DNA of 64,000 nt from Guillardia theta CCMP2712 (Eukaryota > Protista > Cryptophyta), in assembly GCF_000315625.1 (NCBI RefSeq), contig NW_005434671.1, positions 975,393-1,039,392 on the forward strand, given 5' to 3'. Shown piece after piece: positions 57,058-64,000 of the stretch. The translations under genes were made by a program, and so were the position numbers. Within the stretch, counting starts at the first letter, position 1, and the number at the start of each line of letters is the position of its first letter. The notes beneath the pieces are model-generated. The model was given only the letters and a program-made list of their open reading frames with translations. It did not search any database and was not told where the DNA came from.

Positions 57058-59901
57058 TCATGCTACTGAAGGCTTTCCCATACCCACCGCAGGCGCTGCT
57101 GCGAGAACCTCGAGCGCCTCCCCCTGCCGATCGAGCGCGCGGAAGGCAGTGGCAGCGATGTGCTTGGCCTGCGGGAGGATCAGGAGGGGAAGAGGATTGA
57201 GAGAAGGGGGGGAGCAGAGAAGAAGGTAAGGAAGGGGGGGGGGGGGGGCAGGTCTGTGAAGGGAGGAAGAAGGAGAGGGAGAGATCGGAGCGAGTCTCAA
57301 GATTTCTCCTTACCTGCAGCCCAGCAAAGTCGTACTGCTGCTTCTGCCCACCAGCCTCCACGAACTGATCCGGGAGGACCATGACGCGGAGGCGACACTT
57401 GCCCGAGTCCAGCAGACCCTCGTTGGTGAGAAAGTGGTTGACGTGGTCTCCGAAGCCCCCGACGGCTCCTTCCTCCACCGTGATGAGGACGTCGTGCTCT
57501 TCGACGAGGCTCCTGCAGGAAGGTGAGGGAGGAGCGAAGGGGAGTGGGAGCGCGAGGAGAAGGGGAGGGAGAAGGGGAGGGGAGTCGGAGGGAACAGGAG
57601 GTGCTAGAGAAAGGGATGCCGGATGTATGGAGAGGCAGCCCGAGCAAGGAACAACAAAGATGTCGGAGAAATGGGGCAAGGATGGAGAGCAGGAGGAATG
57701 GAGGAGGCGGGAAGAAGGAGGAGAGGGAGGAGAGGGAGGAGAGGAAGGAGAAGGGGGCGGTGTGTGTAGGGGGGGACTGACCGGATGAGCTCCTTGTCGA
57801 GTGGCTTCATGTAACGAGCGTCAGCGATGGTGACGCCGATACCGTTTCCTTCCTGCTGGATCATACGAAGAGCTCGCACGGCCTCGCACAGCCTCGTGCC
57901 GAGGGAGAGGATGGCGACCTTGGTCTTGGCCTCCGGATCCGCCCTCCTGATCATCCTTCCTTCTCCCACGGGTAGGGCGCTGACCTCGGAGGGGAGAGGA
58001 GTTGACTTGAGATTGTACCCGAAGAGCTTGTTGAGCCCCTCGGCCCCGAAGCCGTTCCCGCGCGGGTAGCGGACGACGCTGGGCTTGTCATCGATAGCAT
58101 GTGCAGTCTTGACCATCCTCATGAGCTCGATCTCGTCTGCCGGCGCCATGATAACGATGTTGGGGAGGGTCCCCAGGTACGCCAGGTCGAAGCAGCCGTG
58201 ATGGGTTGGCCCGTCGTTGCCGACGAGACCCGCACGGTCGACCATGAAGCGAACCGGGAGAGACTGAATGATGCAGTCGTGAATGACCTGGTCGTACCTA
58301 GAGCCCGAGTGAGAGGAGGAAGAAGAAGGAGAGGGAGAAAGATGCGAGGTCAGGAAGATGTTGAACTTGAGGAGAAGGGTGGAGGGCGATGGGGAGGATG
58401 GGATAGGAGGGAGGAGGAGGAGGAGGACGATGGAGGAGGAGGAGGAGGAGCCTTACCCTCTCTGGAGGAAGGTGGAGTAAATGGCACAGAAGGGCTTCAG
58501 GCCATCCACTGCCATGCCGGCAGCGAAAGTCACCGCGTGCTGCTCGGCGATGCCGACGTCGAACGTTCGCTTGGGAAAGATCTTTCCGAACTTGTCCAGC
58601 CCCGTCCCTCCCGGCATGGCCGCGGTGATGCCGCAGACCGTCGGGTCCTGTCGCGCGAGCTCGACGAGGGTGTCGGCGAAGACAGACGTGTAGGAGGGAG
58701 GGCCGCTCTTGGGTTTCTTCTGCTTCCCGGTCGCAATGTCGAACTGAGCCACCCCGTGCATTTTGTCCGAGGCCTTGAGGGCGGGCAGGTAGCCGTAGCC
58801 CTTCTCAGTCTTCACGTGCAGCAGCACAGGCTTCTTCGACTCCGAATCCCTCAAGTTCTCAAGGATGGGGATCAGGTTCTCCAGGTCGTGACCGTCGATG
58901 GGACCCAGGTAGTAGAACCCCAGCTCCTCGAACAAGACTGCCCCCTCCTCCCCTGACACGAAGCCGCGGCCGAACTCGTCGATCTTCCTGGTGATCTTCT
59001 GCAGGTCCTCGGGCAGCAGCTTCGTCAGCGTCTTGGCCACACTCCTAGCGTCCTGGAAGGGGCGAGACGAGAGGATTCTGCTGGTAGAGCCGGACAGGGC
59101 ACCTGCTGGTACAACTCCGGCGGCCGAGGGAGTCCCAGTGGGGAGGGAGACCTGGCCGTTCTCGTTGAGGATGACGATCATCCTCTGGTTGAGGTAGCCA
59201 GCACAATTCATGGCCTCGTACGCCATCCCCCCCGTGATGGCTCCATCCCCGATCACCGCGATGCAGTTGTTCACGGGCTTCCCCGTCAGGTCCTTGGCGA
59301 CGCTCATGCCAAGGGCTGCGCTGATGGAGGTGGACGAGTGCCCAGCTCCGAAGCAGTCGAACTCAGACTCCTTCCTCTTGGTGAAGCCCGACAGCCCTCC
59401 CCACTGCCTCAGGGTGCTGAACCTTGACCTCCTCCCGGTCAGCATCTTGTGCGGGTAGCACTGGTGGGCGACGTCCCACACGATCCTATCCTCGGGAGCG
59501 TTGAACACGTAGTGAAGGGCAACCGTGAGCTCCGTAACGCCAAGGGAGGAGGAGAGATGTCCTCCAGTCTTGGATACAGACTCGATCACCTCCCACCTCA
59601 ACTCGTACGCCAGCTGCTTCAGCTCGGCCATGCTCAGCTTCTTCATGTCAGAGGGGAAGTTGACTGAGTCCAGCACGGGCTTCGGCTTCGCGACATAGTC
59701 GCTCGTCACCTCCATCGTCGGCCCAACCTTGGCGCAGGTTCGCGGGGCATGGCGGCTGCGACCGAAGACCATCGGCCGGTGGGCGGCGATGCGACCATGG
59801 GTGTGCAGTTGAGGGACGATGGAGAAAGAGATAACAGTTTCCACTCCTAGCAGAGCAAAGCAGATGGCTGCACACAAAGGTGCGCCGTAGGACCTCCGCA
59901 T
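57058..59901 (-). CDS. DXS: 1-deoxy-D-xylulose-5-phosphate synthase, plastid-targeted, multi-exon
   Basis: [72 protein letters not shown] and [11 protein letters not shown]. Presequence [26 protein letters not shown]. Confidence 0.97.
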
Positions 59902-61698
59902 GTTGCCAAGACCTGCAGGAAACTGGTGGTCACTGGAGAGCAAGCAGGTTGTGAAAGTTCTCACTACGCCGTTCCCTCTTCCCTTCCTCGCTGTCCCCTC
60001 CTCCCTCCCTCCCTCTGTCTTTGTCTCCCTATCCCTATACCTCTCCCTAAAGCTGAAACTTCCTAAAAGCATCTCATCACAACCAGGGGAACTAAATACT
60101 TGCGGTCTCAGAGACTACCTCACATTCTCTCTTCACGCGTCATCCTCCAACATGTTGCAGCACCTCCAATCACAATCTTCACGAGCAGATACCGAACTCT
60201 GTCTATGCTCTTGTTATTTTCCACTACAGTTCTACCACACAAAGTCTTTGCTTCTTGCTTGCCACTCCTGCCTCTCCTTCCCAAGGGTAAATCGTCCTCC
60301 CTCCTTGGCCAGGAGGCGCAAACAGCGCTCCTCCCTCAAAACTTGGCTCTTCACGCCGCGAGACGAGGTCCAACACGGAACCATGATCTCCTCCTCATCC
60401 TGATCTCTCCTCCTGCATCCTCCCTCCCCCCTCCTCCCCCCTCTCCCTCTCCTCGCCTCACCTGTCTTCCGCTTCCTTGTCGTCCTCCTTTGGCCAGAGC
60501 GGCCTCCTCTCCCGCTCCCTCCAGGGGTCCCCCCCTCCTTATAAGTTCTTTACCACCCGTTGAGCTAAAAACACTTATATCCATCACCGGTTACATCCGT
60601 TACTTGACCTGCCAGCCCGGCTCAGTCGGTGGCCCAGTGGCCCCGCCGGTGTCACTCAGGCTCACCGGGGTTAAGCCTGACGAACTCAGCCGTTGCCAGT
60701 CACTTTCCACTACTGCGGGGGCATGTCACTGGCTACTCGGAGGAAGGCGGTCGAATCCACCCGGGCTGAATCACCGGCGCAGCCTTGCAATTCAAGCAGC
60801 GTGGACCGCCGGTACTCAGGCGGCTGAGTAGCTGCGGCCCGCCGTCCGACCGCGGAGCGGCTGACGCCCGGCAAGCAGTGACCAAGCCTGACAACTAGCC
60901 AGAGAATAATTGAAAAAACAATCTTTCAAACCTCATTCAAAACACTTTTAAATACACTTGAGGGTCAAACCGAAAAAGATTTGGAAAACTTGAGTGAAAG
61001 AATCTGAGGCAGGCTTGCATTTACAGCTGAATTGCCAGCGAGCCAAGCTTCAACCATACAAAACTCTTGGATCTGTTTTTCAAATATTTGCCCCAACCTG
61101 CCAAAATTCTTAAAAACATTTTGTTGCATCCCGTAAGAATTTCAAAAACGATCATTTTTAAAAAGTTCTGCAACTCAGTCGACATTGTCGAGTAAACTAT
61201 TTGGTACTAAAATGGGTGAAACTTTGCGGGGGGTGGGTAGGCGGTATTGCAGCCTTCCTGCCGGCTGCTAACCACCACCGCGATAGAGGCGGGTTGTTAC
61301 AAGTCTCAGACGGCCCTCGCCTCACCACCCCTCCATTCTCCATTCCACGGTAGGGTGACCACCACCCGGCGCTCAGCCGGCGATACCGGCGGGCCTGGCG
61401 AGTAAGTGTCAGTGTCGGTCTTTATATGTCCCGCCTCATCCCCCCGCACCCAGTCCCCGGCCTCCTGCTATCTGTCCTGCTATGCGGAGAGCTATGCGGA
61501 CACGAGGGAAAGAAGCAGCGTGACAGAGGGCAGGACGAGGATGGAGGGAGGGGGAGAGAGACAGAGACAGAAGAGTTGAAGGAAGATCGACATCAAGTAG
61601 AGGTGATGGAGGACAGGGGATGGTAGGTTAGGATAGGAGCAATCAAGTTTCAGAAGCATCGAACGTTCTTGCCTTCTTCTGACGTTGGTCATGCAGTC

Positions 61699-62955
61699 AT
61701 GAAGGCTCAGCAGCAGTTGCGAGCTCTCGTCGTCGCCATGACAGTCTTGGACGTCTCTGCGTTCATGCGAGGGATGCTCTCCCCATCCTGGAGCACGGGC
61801 AGAGCTGCATTGATCAGCAGCAAGCAGTCCCTTCCTTCGACGCCAGTCTCCCTCCTCCAGCTCAACATGGTGGCAGCCAGCCCCAAGTCCTCCATGCAGA
61901 GCTCTACCGCCAAGGCGCTCAAGAAGGCGTCTGGAGCTCTCACGGTGAGCGTGACATTGGACGAGAAGGTAGGAGGAAAGAAACCGACGGAAGTCGAAAT
62001 CCTCTCCTCCATCCTCCGACGATCTAAGATCGCGAGCCTCTTCGTCCCCCAAGAACTCGTGAGGATGTTCGCAGAGGAGCAGAAGACCGCTAAGGGGAAC
62101 TTCCCCGGCCCTTGTCCTCTCGTGCTCAGGGAAGTTGTGTCGGACGCTGAACACATCGAGCTTGCTGCCTCCAATGGGGCCTCTGCCGTGATCGTGCGGG
62201 CAGGGCACGCCGACGCTTCCTCGCTGTGCGAGCAGGCGAAGAAGAAGGGGCTGAGTGTGATCTGGGAGGTTGAAAGCGCAGAGGAGATGAAGAGCTGCGA
62301 GGAGAAGGGAGAGAACATGCTGCTCGTGGACGAGAAGAACGCGGACATTCTGAGCGGGGCGAGCAAGACCAGCGTCATCATCGGAAGGGTCTCGGCGATG
62401 CAGGCGCAGAACGAGGAGGTGAAGAAGAGCAGAGACATGCAGAGCAAAGGATGCTGCGCTATCGTGCTGGAAGATGCGGTAGTGGGGGACGGAGAAGACC
62501 TGCCCTACGTGCGATGGGCCATGGAGGCGATCCTCAGCAAGGCGAGCACTGAGTTCAAGATCACAGGAATGACGGTGAGAAGGAGGAAGAGGAAGGAGGA
62601 GGATGAGGAAAAAGGAGGAGGAGGAAGGAGGAGGAGGAAGGAGGAGGAGGAAGGAGGAGGAGGAGGCGGAGGAGGAGGAGGAGGAGGAGGAAGAGGAGGA
62701 GATTGGTAAGGAAGCCGAGGGAAAGGGCAGGGGTTATATGAGGAGGATAGCATGAATGCGAAGGAGATTGAATCATTAACGAAAGAGAATCGAGGATTGG
62801 GGAATGGGAGAGAGCGGAGAAGGGCGAGGAGGAGGAACAGGAGGAGAAGGAGGACGGTGACTGGACATGTGCAGGGTCACGTTAACGGACACTATGGCAC
62901 TGGGACGTTTGAGCGATCGGACAAGCAGATGGAATGGAAGAGAAAACAAGCCTAA
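61699..62955 (+). CDS. Plastid-targeted indole-3-glycerol phosphate synthase-like TIM-barrel protein (probably non-catalytic), 2 exons
   Basis: Signal MKAQQQLRALVVAMTVLDVSA-F followed by an S-rich transit peptide. EEQKTAKGNFPGPCPLVLRE...IELAASNGASAVIV...GLSVIWEVESAEEM resembles the TrpC core. Confidence 0.65.
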
Positions 62956-63285
62956 GGCTCCTCCTCACTCCTCACTCCTCCTCCATCGTTTTCCTTCCTC
63001 CATCTCCTTCCTGCCCTCCTATGCTACGCCCCTCCCCTTCCTCAGCTCAGGGCGTTTTTCTTTAGTGAGATTTTGCAAACAGTCAGCGGCTGAATTTCTG
63101 CTCCTTCNNNNNNNNNNNNNNNNNNNNNNNNNNNNNNNNNNNNNNNNNNNNNNNNNNNNNNNNNNNNNNNNNNNNNNNNNNNNNNNNNNNNNNNNNNNNN
63201 NNNNNNNNNNNNNNNNNNNNAGAAATAGCTGAAGCAGGAGGGCAGCAAGGGGCCCTTGCAAGGTGCTGCCTATCCATGACATGCG

Positions 63286-63847
63286 TCAAGGAGTACTTGG
63301 GAGGCCAGCGAGAAGTGTTGGAAGAGAAGAAGTTTGGAGGTGATGTCTCAACGCAGTACAAGTCTCAATTTGATGATTGCATACAGGCATGAACAGTCTC
63401 GACCTCCTTGCTCGCCTAACCATGGAAGGGGAGGAGGCAGAGGGCGATGGGGATGGAGGGGAGGAAGGGGAGGAAGGTGAAGGGGAGCAAGAGGAGCAGA
63501 AAGATGGGGAGGAAGGAGACAAATTTGAGCTAGGCGAATCGCAATCTTTGTCGGTGGAGGGAGGGAAAGGGCACCTGTAGATTAAACTTCTAGAAGCCGG
63601 TTTCTGAGTTTTCATGGATGCAACCCTCTGAAGACACAACATGAGTATCAAGAAGGAAAAGAGACGGCAGGAGGAGGAAGAGGGGGAGGAGAACAAGGGA
63701 GAGGAGGAGGCGGCAAGGGATGGGGACGAAGGTATTTGTGAAGAGGGTAGAAGGCTGACCTGGAGAGCAGGTTTCAGAAAATCGTTAAGTAGTTGAGGTT
63801 CGTCATTGAGAGCATACTCGCACGCCTGCAGAAAGATGTCAGACCGA

Positions 63848-63934
<87 letters not shown>

Positions 63935-64000
63935 GGAGGAGGAGGAGGAGGAGGAGGGAGGAGGGAAGGAGGTAGTGTGCACGTCGAGTCGACGAAAAAG
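63286..64000 (-). CDS. Exon fragments of a hypothetical protein continuing beyond the window
   Basis: Short AG/GT-bounded non-repetitive segments (e.g. ACEYALNDEPQLLNDFLKPALQ) between low-complexity introns. Confidence 0.35.

Noticed and set aside
58099-59667. Antisense ORFs over DXS (and similarly over the surface protein and IGPS-like genes)
   Set aside because: They are shadow ORFs produced by GC-rich codon usage on the opposite strand.

Overview
Gene-dense eukaryotic nuclear DNA, most likely from a cryptophyte alga (Guillardia theta-like). This is inferred from the many ~45-55 nt GT-AG introns, the bipartite signal-peptide presequences with Phe at +1 on plastid proteins, and the GGA/CCT-rich introns. 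Recognisable genes: the 3' part of a K+ channel, mitochondrial PDH E2, tRNA-Arg(CCT), a CWC16/YJU2-family splicing factor, a PDZ coiled-coil protein, a TBC-like/GYF_2 protein, an ARM-repeat protein, a sphingomyelinase-like EEP hydrolase, HOP2, RPL31, phage-type organellar RNA polymerase, tRNA-Ser(CGA), a large Cys-rich surface protein, a TspO-like membrane protein, a kinesin-14, plastid DXS and a plastid IGPS-like protein. The genes are mostly in alternating head-to-head and tail-to-tail pairs. Highlights: (1) a kinesin-14 whose first exon encodes an ER signal peptide with non-Phe at +1, a candidate periplastid/nucleomorph motor; (2) a ~10 kb accessory island (15.7-26.1 kb) with eight copies of an unannotated 84-97 aa microprotein in divergent cassettes that share promoter motifs and surround a decayed CHAT (caspase-like) plus ankyrin gene; (3) two signal-peptide proteins carrying a ubiquitin-tail-like LRGG motif. 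Exon boundaries were read by eye and are approximate. There are four N gaps.
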